From the NCBI GenBank assembly GCA_019828565.1, contig JAHDYR010000019.1, positions 236,618 to 300,617 on the forward strand: DNA of 64,000 nt. Direction: 5' to 3'. Both the position numbers and the translations under genes were made by a program. A model generated the notes under the pieces. That model saw nothing but the letters and a program-made list of their open reading frames with translations, had not been told where the DNA came from and searched no databases. How positions within the stretch are numbered: the stretch's first letter is position 1; the number at the start of each line of letters is the position of its first letter. Shown piece after piece: positions 1 through 11,700 of the stretch. The stretch comes from Carpediemonas membranifera BICM (taxonomy: Eukaryota > Protista > Fornicata).

Positions 1-370
1 CGATGAGGTCCGCCCCGCAGGCAAAGAAGAGCTTCACGTCGGGCCCAGCCTCCTCCTGGATGTGGTCGAGGAGGACGCGGGTCCGGACGAACTCGTGCTG
101 GCGCCACTCCCAGTCGTGTAGTTGGAGCCACGAGTCGGAGCAGGCAAGGGCTACCATCTCCGCACGGACGGATGCATCCAGCAGTTTCGGTTTGTTCATC
201 CTGTATGCGTCTGGAACTGGCGAGAAGTAGCCTCTGTCGACCGTATAACCCATGGCCTGGCATTTCTCCCGGACCGTGTCCATCATGATGAAGTGCCCCG
301 CTGTTATCGGGTTGTATGAACCCCCTGCGATGATCCACGCCTTCTTGGCATCGATTACAGGCATCACCAT
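1..370 (-). CDS. NMNAT: Nicotinamide/nicotinate mononucleotide adenylyltransferase (5' part; continues beyond window start)
   Basis: Not in the ORF track; manual translation from ATG at 370 gives MVMPVIDAKKAWIIAGGSYNPITAGHF...SPVPDAY...SWLQLHDWEWRQ...LFFACGADLI, matching NMNAT motifs GSFNPIT..H, SPV.DAY, W....WE..Q and CGADL. Confidence 0.9.
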   Translation of the reverse strand, partial: MVMPVIDAKKAWIIAGGSYNPITAGHFIMMDTVREKCQAMGYTVDRGYFSPVPDAYRMNKPKLLDASVRAEMVALACSDSWLQLHDWEWRQHEFVRTRVLLDHIQEEAGPDVKLFFACGADLI

Positions 371-433
371 TGAATGCGAGTTTCAGGGGCCGAAATTGGA
401 CAAACCTGCGTTCACGTGCCAACGTGAAGTATA

Positions 434-3400
434 ATGAGCGAAGACGTCCAGTTCAGAGCTCTACGTGCGAAACACTTTGCTATAATTGCCTCTGAGGCGA
501 AGCTGGATCTCCCCGATGTCAAAGCCGCCAGTTCTAAGAAACCTTATCGCTACTCCCGCTCCAAGTCCGTAGAGCCTAAGGTACCATTCAAAATCTCTTT
601 ACCACGTGGCTTTGAGCGACCACCATCAGCGCTAGCGATCAAGGAGTCCAATAATCGGTACGACCACTTCCAGCGTCTCGGGAAAGGCACTCCATCTTCA
701 CGCCCGCGCTTCCCAAACACAGTGTCAGACTCCCCAAGTAGGTACAAGCTCCCCAAGGTTGCTAATCCGCGTACTGTGCTCTCGCCACGCACCTTAACGT
801 CGCCACGTACGCCATTACCAGCCATATCACCGCAGGGGGCCGTTAGTGCAGAGGCCGAGGCAGCGCTGCGGTACAACATGCGGCTAATGCGCTTTGTTGT
901 CCCGAAATACGCCATGCCCTTCCCACTCCCGAAGCAGCGCTGGTTGAATATCGTCCGAAGATGCAAGCCGCCCCCAATAACGGGCAACGAGTACTTAATG
1001 CCAGTGATCCGACAGCTCAGGTCAGAGGTGATGACCGACTTCATCGCCGTTCAAAAGAGACTTCTGTTCAATCAAAAGCTGTTGACGACTCCAGATCCAG
1101 GGCTTGTCGGGGCATTCTTGGACAAGCTGACCCGACCCCAACTGCGGTGGATGGTCAAGGGGGCCACTAACGCCAAGGTGCAGGAGAGTGTGGGTTCGCT
1201 GCGTCGGGCATGCTTTCTTCATGCACATCCAATATCGCTGCGGTGCTTACAGACCGTGATGGACCAGATCGATCATATGATGGCCGATGACCTCCTTCCA
1301 TTATACAGCAGCACAGACAGCCTCCCTTTCGAGGCTCTAGACGCTATGCACAAGACCCTGCTCGCCCTTGTTACCAGCCGCCTCCACGAGTCCCACGACC
1401 CAGCCGACGGGTCGACCCAGCCGACGGGAGACTCTGCGCAACCCCTGCCCAAGATCATCGAGGCGATCATCCTCGATTCATTCACCGCTCACGCTACTGA
1501 GCTCGCCGACCAGATCAGGGCTGAATGGCACGGGGCCGACGCCGCGAACAGGGCAATCGGGCTCTTGGCACCAGTGTACCGTCGTCTCACGGTGCTGTGC
1601 CGCATGCTGATCCAGGGGCGGGCGTACCACCTCGCGCACACTTGTCGGGAGCGTGTGGTCGCCGTGCTCTCGCAGGGCATCGGCCAGTCGTGGGTTGAGC
1701 AGATCGGGGCCCTCGAGTTTGAAGCGTTCACGCATGTTACGGCTCAGCGGTCAGCTTTCGTGTGTTCCATCACGATCACTGAGGATTCAATGCTCGAGTT
1801 CACCCCTGATATCGGCATCCTCCTCGACTCATTCAGATCATTCAGCAGCGGACTCATCAGACGACTCTCGTCAATCCATGCCCCCTTGGTCGGCATGCTC
1901 GAGCAGCATGCCGAGGAGATGGACTCTGGCACCGAGTCCGAGTGGTCGGCAGCAGTTACTGACGGGGTAGCGACCAGGGCGATGCTCCAGGGCGATGAAG
2001 AGGTGCGGGACTTCGATTCAAAGGCGGGGGATGCCGAGAGCAGCTATATGAGCAGCCGTGACATGGATCTCGAGGTCCCTTCCGTCCCGGCCTCCGAGAG
2101 AACCGCGGCATTTGAGTTAGACCCGAGTCGCTCCCCGTCTATCGCGTCAGACCCTGCGGGTTGGGGCGATGACTTAGGAACGCCCAGGTCTGCGCTGACT
2201 TATTCGGATGGCCGGACATTCAGCGATGATGACCTGGGCTATCAGTCGAGTCAGCGATCGGAGACTTACGATCTCAGATCCGAGCGCACTTCGTCGCCTG
2301 TAGCCGAGTCAAGCAGACGCTCACCGACTTACGATCTCAGATCCGAGCGCACATTGTCTCCCATCGCCGAGTCGAGCCAAGTGTGCTTCGATTCCAGGTC
2401 CCAAGCGTTCGAAATGCCGCCCCCCGTCGAGGCCCTCACCGCACCAGATTCTGTACCTTTATGCAGGGTCGACCTGTCGAAAGTCGAACAAGGCCTCATG
2501 CGGGACATCTCCATTGAAACTCAGGCGGTGCTTGCATTTACCGGAGACGCGCGGGCCATGATTTACGATCTGATGGATGCCGAGCCGAGAGAGATACCGT
2601 TCCTCATGCCCGAGGCCGACCTGGAGACCTACATGCGAGACCAGTTCGCTACTGGTCCGCTGTGGCGCCTGCTCAGCTCAGCCATCGCCCGTAACGAGCA
2701 GATCCTGGATAAGGTCGACCAACTTCGGAACTCTGTCTGCGTGGGAATGCTTTCGATTGACTTCACTCAGCTGAAACGACGGGTTGCCTTAAGGTGCGCA
2801 AACCACAGATCCATCATTCTATCCGCCCTCGCCGACTATACTGGTACGAAGCTGCAAGAGCTGGAAGAGCAGGCGTCCCAGGCCATCGCCGTCATCAGCA
2901 ACGTTCCAGACGAAGTCGAAGCATTCGCTGACTACCGCGAGCGCATTGACGGTTACCACAAGGGCATCGCCGTCTTCCACTCGCAGATCATGATGATCTG
3001 GAACATCCAGCACATGCTGATCTCCTGGCAGCACCCGGTGTCAGACTCCACGCTGAGTCGCGTCCTGGCCATGATGGCGCACTGGCGCACGATGGGCTCG
3101 GCCATTGAAGAGTCGCGGTACGTCGCTGACCGTAACCTCAAAATATTGCAGGACGGGCTGCTCGATGGATTCGCGGATATGCTGGATCGGATTAGATCTA
3201 CATTACCGCATGTTGAGAAGATTGTCAATCTTACCGATCTTCCAGATTATGCTACGATCGACATAATCTCCGAATCCCTCATCCGCTTTGCCGAGCGCCT
3301 GGCCGATGACATCACCCACGCCTCCCGCGCCCGTTCGCTGGCCAAACGGCTTGCTTTCAAACTTCCGAGCTCACACTTCGAGCCAGCCAACATCATGAGC

Positions 3401-4102
3401 CTCGCGTCTCCACTCAGAAGCCAGTGGAGTGGGATTAATAACTTTATCGGTGAGCTCTACAGCAACATATTCCCAATAACCGTCGCTAATCTCAAAATAG
3501 AGAGCTTCGACAAGATGTGCGGCGTGGCTCGAGCCGGTCTGGCCAAGGTCGAGCGAGAGCTGACCGACAACGACCTCCAGATACGGCGTCTGGCACCGGT
3601 GCTTCCTTCAGTCGGCGAACAGCTCCGCAATACGATCAATATGATTGATTTGATGAAGCAAGAGATAGCCACCGTCGAGAGAGATCTCGGCCTAGTTGTC
3701 CGACTCCATGCCGAGTCGAAGTTTATATCTGATGATGATTGGATCACCCTTAACAGATACTTTGACCGCCCGTCGACTGTCCGAGGCTTTGACAACATGA
3801 CTGTCGGTTCGATGTTTGATGCCGCAGTGACTCGGTTTAGAGACATCGAGGGCATCCTCAACACGGCCACGAGGGCTGTGAGAGCCACGATGCTTAAGAC
3901 GATGACCAGTAGGGACAGGGCAAACGACAGCAAGCCCCTGGACGCGTCGAATGCAGGGCTAACACTGCCCTCTGAGATCTCCCTGAGTGGGCGGTTGAAG
4001 GACGTGGAGGCGGCCGGCAGCGACTATGATTATGACTATTCCTCGAGTGGTAGCTCCCGCAGGATGTCGGATCTGGACGATTTCGATCTGGATGAAGATT
4101 AA
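434..4102 (+). CDS. 1222-aa protein resembling the N-terminal tail/stem of an axonemal dynein heavy chain, without motor domain
   Basis: Long open ORF. C-terminal half pattern (GMLSIDFTQLK...VPDEVEAF...W...LKIESF...DDW...MTVGSM...IEGILNTATR) resembles the DHC tail/DHC_N2 region; no Walker A motif. Confidence 0.5.
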   Translation: MSEDVQFRALRAKHFAIIASEAKLDLPDVKAASSKKPYRYSRSKSVEPKVPFKISLPRGFERPPSALAIKESNNRYDHFQRLGKGTPSSRPRFPNTVSDSPSRYKLPKVANPRTVLSPRTLTSPRTPLPAISPQGAVSAEAEAALRYNMRLMRFVVPKYAMPFPLPKQRWLNIVRRCKPPPITGNEYLMPVIRQLRSEVMTDFIAVQKRLLFNQKLLTTPDPGLVGAFLDKLTRPQLRWMVKGATNAKVQESVGSLRRACFLHAHPISLRCLQTVMDQIDHMMADDLLPLYSSTDSLPFEALDAMHKTLLALVTSRLHESHDPADGSTQPTGDSAQPLPKIIEAIILDSFTAHATELADQIRAEWHGADAANRAIGLLAPVYRRLTVLCRMLIQGRAYHLAHTCRERVVAVLSQGIGQSWVEQIGALEFEAFTHVTAQRSAFVCSITITEDSMLEFTPDIGILLDSFRSFSSGLIRRLSSIHAPLVGMLEQHAEEMDSGTESEWSAAVTDGVATRAMLQGDEEVRDFDSKAGDAESSYMSSRDMDLEVPSVPASERTAAFELDPSRSPSIASDPAGWGDDLGTPRSALTYSDGRTFSDDDLGYQSSQRSETYDLRSERTSSPVAESSRRSPTYDLRSERTLSPIAESSQVCFDSRSQAFEMPPPVEALTAPDSVPLCRVDLSKVEQGLMRDISIETQAVLAFTGDARAMIYDLMDAEPREIPFLMPEADLETYMRDQFATGPLWRLLSSAIARNEQILDKVDQLRNSVCVGMLSIDFTQLKRRVALRCANHRSIILSALADYTGTKLQELEEQASQAIAVISNVPDEVEAFADYRERIDGYHKGIAVFHSQIMMIWNIQHMLISWQHPVSDSTLSRVLAMMAHWRTMGSAIEESRYVADRNLKILQDGLLDGFADMLDRIRSTLPHVEKIVNLTDLPDYATIDIISESLIRFAERLADDITHASRARSLAKRLAFKLPSSHFEPANIMSLASPLRSQWSGINNFIGELYSNIFPITVANLKIESFDKMCGVARAGLAKVERELTDNDLQIRRLAPVLPSVGEQLRNTINMIDLMKQEIATVERDLGLVVRLHAESKFISDDDWITLNRYFDRPSTVRGFDNMTVGSMFDAAVTRFRDIEGILNTATRAVRATMLKTMTSRDRANDSKPLDASNAGLTLPSEISLSGRLKDVEAAGSDYDYDYSSSGSSRRMSDLDDFDLDED
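2263..2377 (+). repeat. Intragenic 63-nt-period direct repeat (TYDLRSERT.SP.AESS x2)
   Basis: ACTTACGATCTCAGATCCGAGCGCAC at 2264 and 2327. Confidence 0.9.
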
Positions 4103-4375
4103 AGTGCTCGGCAGTTTATGGATAGGGGAAAGATGACCTTGCGGGGGGCGGTCTGTTGTGGCCCGGGCCCGGGACCTTACATCCTGCCTGTGTCGGTATT
4201 GCTGGCCTGGGCGGGCAATATCTGGAGCTGAACCTCAATTCACATAAGCTCACGTAAACAGCAGCAAAACCGCGCCCCGCGCGGAATGGGGTGACTCATT
4301 ACCTGATTATATGGCCGCGGTAGCAGCCCCCGCCTGGCAGCGGTGGTGCTTAACCTGCACCATGATCGTTCGCTG

Positions 4376-5834
4376 ATGACGAAAACATTCTTGGAGACCG
4401 GGTTGACAGCATCGTTGGCATCTGTTCTCGACTCCATTGGTTGGAATAATGCGACTGGTATTCAAAGCGAGGCCATTCCTTTGCTCCTTCAAGGCAAAGA
4501 CGTGATTGCACAGGCAGAAACAGGTAGCGGCAAGGTATATCACCCCCATTTCCCATTTTACAAAGACCGGCGCGTTCATGCTTCCCATCATCGACGAGAT
4601 GATCCAGCTGGACGACTATCTTCACCGGAACCATGTGTTCAGTGCCCTGGTCATCTCTCCCACGCGCGAGCTCGCCCACCAGATCGTATCGGAGGCGCAG
4701 CGGATGATTACAGCTGCTGGTGAGAAGATCCGCGTGCTCGGCGTTATTGGCGGCGAGTCCGAGCACCTCCAGAAGCGAGCATTCATCGACACAAGCCGGA
4801 GACCGCAAATCGTCGTCGCCACGCCCGGTAGACTTCTCGACATCCTTTCCGGTGATGACTGGAAGGATGTCCGCGATTCCTACCTCAAGAACCTCAAGCA
4901 CGTTGTCCTTGACGAGGCCGACAAGCTCTTTGAATCAGACTTCGTCGGCACGATCGGGCAGATCCTGGATGTTGCTAGGGACGCCAAGATCGGCGCAGGG
5001 ATCGAGACAGGTCAAGACTGGCAGACGGCGCTCTTCTCTGCGACCATGAGCACGGGTGTCACTCAGATCAGTACCGTCGCCAAGATGAAGAAGGGCACAG
5101 TGAGGGTGAGTGTGACCGCGACCCACACCACCGAGGCGCTCATCCAGCAGTGGATGCTCGTTCCTATCGACCTCAAGGACCTCTACCTCATCCAGTTTTT
5201 ACGGAAGCAGGACACTGCGAAGAAGGTCATCATCTTTGTCAACACGAAGCTTCAGTCGAACCGTCTTTCCTTCCTCATCAACAACTACTGGGGATTTGAA
5301 GAGGACAACACCATCGACTTGCCCGACCTAAACGACACCGAGGCCCCCCGGGGCAAGTGGCGCGCCGTGCCACTCAATGGAAGCATGAATCAGGCGACCA
5401 GGACGACCAGATTCAGGCGGTTTATTGACGGTACGGCCAACGTGCTCGTGGCTACAGATGTAGCCTCTAGAGGCCTGGATACGATCGTAGACATCGTCGT
5501 CAACTACGAGTTGCCCGCTTCGTCCAAGGTCTATGTCCATAGAATCGGTCGGACTGCCCGTGCAGGCCGACACGGCATGGCCATGTCGCTGGTGTCCCAG
5601 TACGATGGTCATCAATTCATCCAAATCGAAAACGGGCTCGCCAACAAGGAGCAGCTGCATCAGGTCGACCGCACGCCGGCAGACGCCATGGATGCGGCGA
5701 TGGTGGAACATCTGAAGGTGGCCAAGAACGACACGATGACGCAGCTCCGGGACCTCGGTCTGGATAAGGTGCAGGATAAGAAAAAGGGCAAGATCGTGAA
5801 GAACAAGGGAAAGAGAGGTCCCAAGCGGATGTAA
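4376..5834 (+). CDS. DDX47: DEAD-box RNA helicase, Rrp3/DDX47-like; intron 4535-4565
   Basis: Splicing the 31-nt GTATAT...CAAAG intron restores AETGSGKTGAFMLPI; motifs PTRELA, TPGRL, DEAD, SAT, TDVASRGLD, HRIGRTAR, LVSQYD. Confidence 0.85.
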
Positions 5835-6078
5835 ATATGCGGTTAATGGCGTTGCTTGGCAGTGGAGTGTGTTGCAGAGGCGGGCGTCAGGATTGATCGC
5901 TCGGCTGAGTAAACGATGAGGCAGAATTTTGGTGCGAGAACACATCGTTGAGACTGGTGTGGGCTGAAGTTGCTGGCATGGCGTCATGTTGTCCCTGCGT
6001 CGTATGCCTCATCGCATTTCGTTGCCAGATTTTTTTTGTGCAAATTCTTGCTATTCTGCCCGAAATCCCAGCGAAAGC

Positions 6079-7804
6079 ATGTTCCTTCAGGGTGAGCGTA
6101 CTTTTGGACAGTCCGTAAGAACTCAAAATGGTTTGTATACTGCCAGCTCTCTTGGTTTACCCAGTCAATGCCGCAGTGTCTCTTGGCTCTATAGTTTCTA
6201 CTTCCTTTGGCCCCCTGGGCCTTGATAAGATGATTGTGTCCACGGTTGGTGATATTACCGTCACCAATGATGGTGCTACCATCCTGTCTAGGATTGATGT
6301 CCAGCATCCTGCTGCTCGTGTCCTCGTCCAGCTTTCCAGACTTCAGGACATGGAAGTCGGTGACGGCACCACTACGGTTGTCATCCTTGCCTCCGAGCTC
6401 CTCAAGTTGGGTAACAACCTCATCGAGGCCGGCATCCACCCCACCAACGTCATGAGCGGCTATCGCCGTGCCGTTGCCAAGGCTACTAAGTTCCTGGAAG
6501 AGAACATGTCCCACCAGGTGTCGATCGAGGACACTGAGGTGCTCATGAACGTTGCCCGTACTTCTATGTCGTCCAAGAACATCTCCAACCCCGACTACTT
6601 CTCTCGCCTTGTTGTTGACTCCCTTCGCGCCATCAAGAACTCCTCTGGCAAGTTCCCCGTTGAGAACGTCCCCATTCTCAAGGCTGTCGGTGGCTCCAGC
6701 AATGAGTCGCAGCTCATCGAGGACGGCATCGCCATCCCCTGCATGATGGTCTCCCCGCAGATGCCCTCGTACATCAAGGACGCCAAGATCGCCATCCTCG
6801 ACTTCGCCCTCAAGCCCCAGCGTATGGCTACCGGCGTCCAGATCCAGGTAACCGATCCCGATAAGCTCCGCCAGATCAAGGAGCAGGAAGAATCTATGCT
6901 GCTTGCTCGTACCAAGGTCCTCACCGACGCCGGCGCCAATGTCATCCTCACGACCGGGGGCATCGACGGCACTGCCGCCGCTTTCCTCGTTGAGAACGGC
7001 GTCATGGGCGTGCAACACTGCGATAAGCGCGATCTCCGCCACATTATCAAGAACACGGGCGGTAAGATCCTTCTCTCCTTCGCCGACCTTGACGCGCCCG
7101 TTGAGGGCGACGAGTACGAGGCCGACACTTTTGAGGAGGCTCTCGAGGACTACAAGACCAACCTCGCCGGCTCGATTGGCTCGGCCGACACGGTCTCCGA
7201 GGAGCTCCTCAAGACCACCGATACGGTCGGTGACCTCAACCAGAAGCTTCTCTTTATCCGCGGTGGCCCCACCAGCGCGGTCAGGTCCATCATCCTGCGC
7301 GGCTCGAGCGAGGAACACATCGACGAGACCGAGCGGTCCGTCCACGACGCCCTGTGCGCCGTCAAGCGCGTCCTCGAGTCCAGCGAGTTCGTACCAGGCG
7401 GCGGCTGCGCTGAGACAGCCGTGTCGGTCTTCCTCGAGCGTAAGTCCGTGGATAAGGTCATCGACCCCCGCGAGCAGCTCGCTCTCGATGCTTTCGGCAA
7501 GGCTATGCTTGTTATCCCTAAGATTCTCGCCAAGAACGCTGCGAAGGACGCCACTGAGCTTGTTGCCGGTCTGAGGGCCAAGCACATTGCTGCCCAGAAG
7601 GCCGAGGGCGTCACCGATGATCGTGACTTCGGCCTCGACCTCGTCGAAGGCGTGGTCCGGAACAACTTTAAGGCGGGCGTCCTCGAGCCTCTGATGTCGA
7701 AGATCAAGAGCCTCAACTACGCGACGGAGGCGGCGATTACCGTCCTGCGCATCGATGACGTCACCCGCCTCGAGAACCCCGAGCAACAGCAGGCTCAACA
7801 GTAA
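6079..7804 (+). CDS. CCT1: Chaperonin CCT alpha subunit (TCP-1); intron 6131-6164
   Basis: MFLQGERTFGQSVRTQN|VNAA...SFGPLGLDKM, TNDGATIL, EVGDGTTTVV, ERSVHDALC, ATEAAITVLRIDD. Confidence 0.93.
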
Positions 7805-7850
7805 ACATAGCCCTTAGTGGCCCTGTGGCCCTTCATTGCCGTGTGTTTGG

Positions 7851-7927
7851 TGAAGTATCATAGAGTGCACAGTGCAAGCAGTAAAGTAAGACTCTCTGTA
7901 AGGTACGAAGGTCTATAGCAGACTTCA
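7851..7927 (+). mobile_element. Solo copy of LTR-like terminal repeat (TGAAGT...ACTTCA) with 5-bp target-site duplication TTTGG
   Basis: TTTGG|TGAAGTATCATAGAGTGCACAGTGCAAGCAGTAAAGTAAGACTCTC...GTCTATAGCAGACTTCA|TTTGG; same module at 26784-26850, 28117-28164 and 44551-44613. Confidence 0.8.
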
Positions 7928-7959
7928 TTTGGGTAATGTGCAGTTTATGACAAAGCAGC

Positions 7960-8352
7960 ATGCGCTGGAACAAGGTCTTAGAGGAAGCGGAGACATATTT
8001 GAATGGCATCAATGGGTGTGAGTATCTCATGAAACTTGATGAACGGGTTGTGATGGCAACGCCAGAGCTTGAGCGACTCTATAAGCAGCATTCTTCTATA
8101 TTTTGCTCAATATGCGACCTATGCGAAGAAGATCTCGAATTCTCAAAGCATGTATCGATTTTAGTACCGTCACTTGGCCGATTTGTCCTCATTCGGCACG
8201 TGTGCAGCCATGTCCTGCTCGTTGGAAAGCATCAGCGCAGTTTCCTGGCCTGCATGCCGACCCACACCGGATACGCCATTCTGCTGTCCAGTGATCGAAA
8301 TATCTGCATGCATATCGATCAGCTAGCGCAGCTCATCCCCGACGGCATCTGA
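7960..8352 (+). CDS. Small protein, possibly a divergent profilin
   Basis: 130 aa, begins M-x-W; C-terminal half (LGRFVLIR...LLVGK...T...HIDQLAQLIPDGI) follows the profilin pattern; size fits. Confidence 0.4.
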   Translation: MRWNKVLEEAETYLNGINGCEYLMKLDERVVMATPELERLYKQHSSIFCSICDLCEEDLEFSKHVSILVPSLGRFVLIRHVCSHVLLVGKHQRSFLACMPTHTGYAILLSSDRNICMHIDQLAQLIPDGI

Positions 8353-8753
8353 AAGCTGTTCTTGCGATGCGCGCGGCAAGCGGGCATCATCGAGACGCTC
8401 TGCTGATACTACTGTGTGTATGCATATATAACATATATACCAGCTCTCAGCTTCCCGGGTCGACACGCCAGTGAGCAGGGTTGAGGCAGCCCGCTGTTGT
8501 TGATGAAGGCGACTTGTACATGAGTTATGGATTGTAAATGAAGACGCATGTCATGAACCAAGTCAGGGCATGGTGGACTGGGTGACAATTGGGTGATTGA
8601 CTGGTCTTCTGCCGATACAAGAGGATGAACGCAAAAAATGTCGGTGGATGCTGATATCGCTCTACGCATTCGACAGGACGGTCGCGGACTTCGTGTACAT
8701 GCTGGGTTGGGTCAAACTCATGAAGGGCAAATGATGCAAGAAAAAAAGCGCGA

Positions 8754-11700
8754 ATGATGACGACGGCGGAGGAGGTTGTTGCAGAGAAGTGGAAGCTTGT
8801 GCCAGCTTTTTTCAACACTGCATCGCTGATCCAGCACCACCTGGACTCCTTTGATTACTTCGTCCACACCGGTATGGTCAATATCATGAAGGCCAACCAG
8901 GTTGTGCGCTGCAAGGCCATTCCGAACTGGTATCTGCGCTTCGACAACATATACCTTAGCAACACAGGTCCTACTGAGTCCCAGGGCATGGTGGAGGACC
9001 CCATTACGCCCATGCAGTGCCGTCTCCGCGACCTCACATATTCCACAGCAATCCAGGCCGACATCTCCTACATGCGCGGCAACTCCCTCGTCCACTCCCA
9101 GGGCGTGCAGCTAGGCCGCCTCCCCATCATGCTGCGCTCCTCTTCGTGCCGCCTCAGGACGCAGTATAAGCTGGACAACGACCTCCTCGCACAGGCCGGG
9201 GAATGCCCGCATGATGCTGGAGGGTACTTCGTTTGCAAGGGTGTGGAGAAGGTGATTCTTATCCAGGAGCAGCTGTCCAAGAACAGGATCATCATCGAGA
9301 CGGACGCCAAGGGCGACATCTCCGCCACTGTGACGTCCAGCACGCACGAGCGGAAGTCACGGTGCTCCATCGTCTTCCGCAAGAACAGCTTCTACCTCCG
9401 CCACAACTCGTTTAGCGTCGACATGCCTCTCGTCGTCGCGATGAAGGCCATGGACGTCCGCACAGACCAGGAGATCATTCAGCTCATCGGGTCTGACCAG
9501 AAGTACTCGGAGTACCTTGCCGGGTCCCTAGAGGAGGCCTCTAGACTCAAGGTCTTTTCCCGCAAACAAGCGCTCGACTGCATCGGCCAGAAGATGAAGC
9601 AGCGCATGTACGGAGACCCCCGCAAGCCCCACGAGGAAGCATACGACGTGCTCCACGACGTAATCCTCAACCACGTCCCCGTCGACAGGGACAACTTCCG
9701 TCCCAAGGTGGTCTATCTCTGCAACATGGTTCGCAGAGTCATCATGGCGGTACGGGGCGAAACGAAGATGGATGATAAGGACAACTACGGCAACAAGCGG
9801 CTGGAGCTCAGCGGAGACATGCTCTCGATCTTGTTCGAAGACTTGTTTAAGAAGATGTGCTACGACATCCAGCGGGGCGCAGAGACGATGCAGAGCAAGT
9901 CAAACAAGGCCGCCGCATTCGACGCGCTAAAGTGCATCAGGCCCAAGAACATCACCGACGGCTTCGTACACGCGATATCCTCGGGCAACTGGTCGCTGAA
10001 GCGGTTCAGGATGGAGCGGTCGGGGGTGACCCAGGTCCTCTCCCGTCTCTCCTACATCTCGGCCCTCGGCATGATGACGCGCATGCAGTCCCAGTTCGAG
10101 AAGACCCGCAAGGTCTCGGGGCCCCGGTCCCTGCACCCGTCGACGTTTGGCATGCTGTGTCCCGCCGACACGCCTGAGGGAGAGTCGTGCGGCCTCGTCA
10201 AGAACCTAGCCCTGCTGTGCCACATCACGACGGACACGAACACAGTGCCGCTGAAGAAGCTCGTATACTCACATGGTGTCGAGGACTGCGAGACTTTGAG
10301 CGGCGACGAGATCAACAACAACTGGCTCGTGTTCCTCAACGGCGAGATCCTGGGCGTCCACCGTCGCCCCAAGGCCTTCGTGGACGCCCTGCGTTGGTAT
10401 CGCCGCCACGGCCACATCGGTCAGTACGTGTCCGTCTTCGTCAACGAAACCCTTAGGTCCATCACGATCGCCTCGGACGGGGGTCGCGTGTGTCGACCGC
10501 TCATTATCGTCGAGCACGGCCGCAGCTCTATCACCCCCCAGGACGTGGAGCGGGTCAGCTCGGGCGACGTGCCCTTCTCGAGCCTCATGCGGGCGGGTAA
10601 GATCGAGTATGTTGATGTCAACGAGGAGAACAACTGCATGATCGCGTTCAACGAGGCAGGCATCACCGACGAGACGACCCACGTTGAGATTGACCCCATG
10701 ACGGTGCTCGGCGTCTGCGCAGGCCTCATTCCCTACCCCCACCACAACCAGTCGCCCCGAAACACTTACCAGTACGTTCCACCCAACCCCACCCCCAGTG
10801 TTACACAGATGCGCCATGGGCAAGCAGGCCATCGGGGCCATCGCATACAACCAGTACGAACGCATCGACACGCTCCTCTACCTCCTCGTCTACCCCCAGA
10901 AGCCAATGGTACGCACCAGAACGATCGAGATCATGGCGTTTAACGAGCTCCCAGCCGGACAAAATGCCACTGTCGCCGTTATGTCCTATTCGGGCTACGA
11001 TATCGAGGATGCGACTGTCCTGAACAAGGGCTCGCTCGACAGAGGGTACGGCCGCTGTCTCGCGGTCCGTAAGCAAGTCACCACGCTGCGGCAGTACCCG
11101 GACAGCTCCGTCGACGTCCTCGCGGGCCGGCCCGTTGAGTACGCCCAGCTGCCCGAGCGGTTCGAGAAGTACTCGGCAATCGACGCGGATGGGCTCGCGC
11201 CGGCCGGGTCACGTCTAGCGCCGACTGGCACAGTCATCATCCACAAGCGGAGTCCTGAGACGATCGGCGGCGACATCTTCCCCGCATCTGAAGCCCCTGC
11301 CGCTGCCGCTCCTCGCGAGTACAGGGACGCGTCGGTCGAGTATCGCGGGCCGGTAACGAGCCACGTGGACAAGATGCTGGTCACCCAGCGAGACGACGAG
11401 GTGCTCATCAAGGCGCTCGTCAGAGACACACGCAGACCCGAGCTGGGCGACAAGTTCTCCTCGCGACATGGCCAGAAGGGCACGACTGGGCTCATAGCGC
11501 TCTCCGAGGACCTGCCGTTCAACGAGCAGGGGATCTCGCCCGACGTAATTATGAACCCGCATGGTTTCCCCTCGAGAATGACTGTCGGCAAGATGCTAGA
11601 GCTCGTTGCGGGCAAGGCGGGTGTGCTCCACGGCAAGTTCGGCTACGGCACTGTATTTGGCGGCACGCCGTACCACCAGATCGTCCAGGACCTCGTGTCG

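Noticed and set aside
5984-7798. Long antisense ORFs (604 aa here; also 34012-34956, 36914-38173, 31048-32031)
   Set aside because: Shadow frames of highly codon-biased GC-rich genes; no independent protein motifs.
8457-8482. GGGTCGACACGCCAGTGAGCAGGG as a fourth copy of the 140-nt family
   Set aside because: Similarity does not extend downstream.
10772-10943. Apparent frameshift or split of RPC2 (and RPB2), shared peptide YVPPNPTPSVTQMRHG
   Set aside because: Explained by read-through of a 37-nt spliceosomal intron; not an intein or programmed frameshift.
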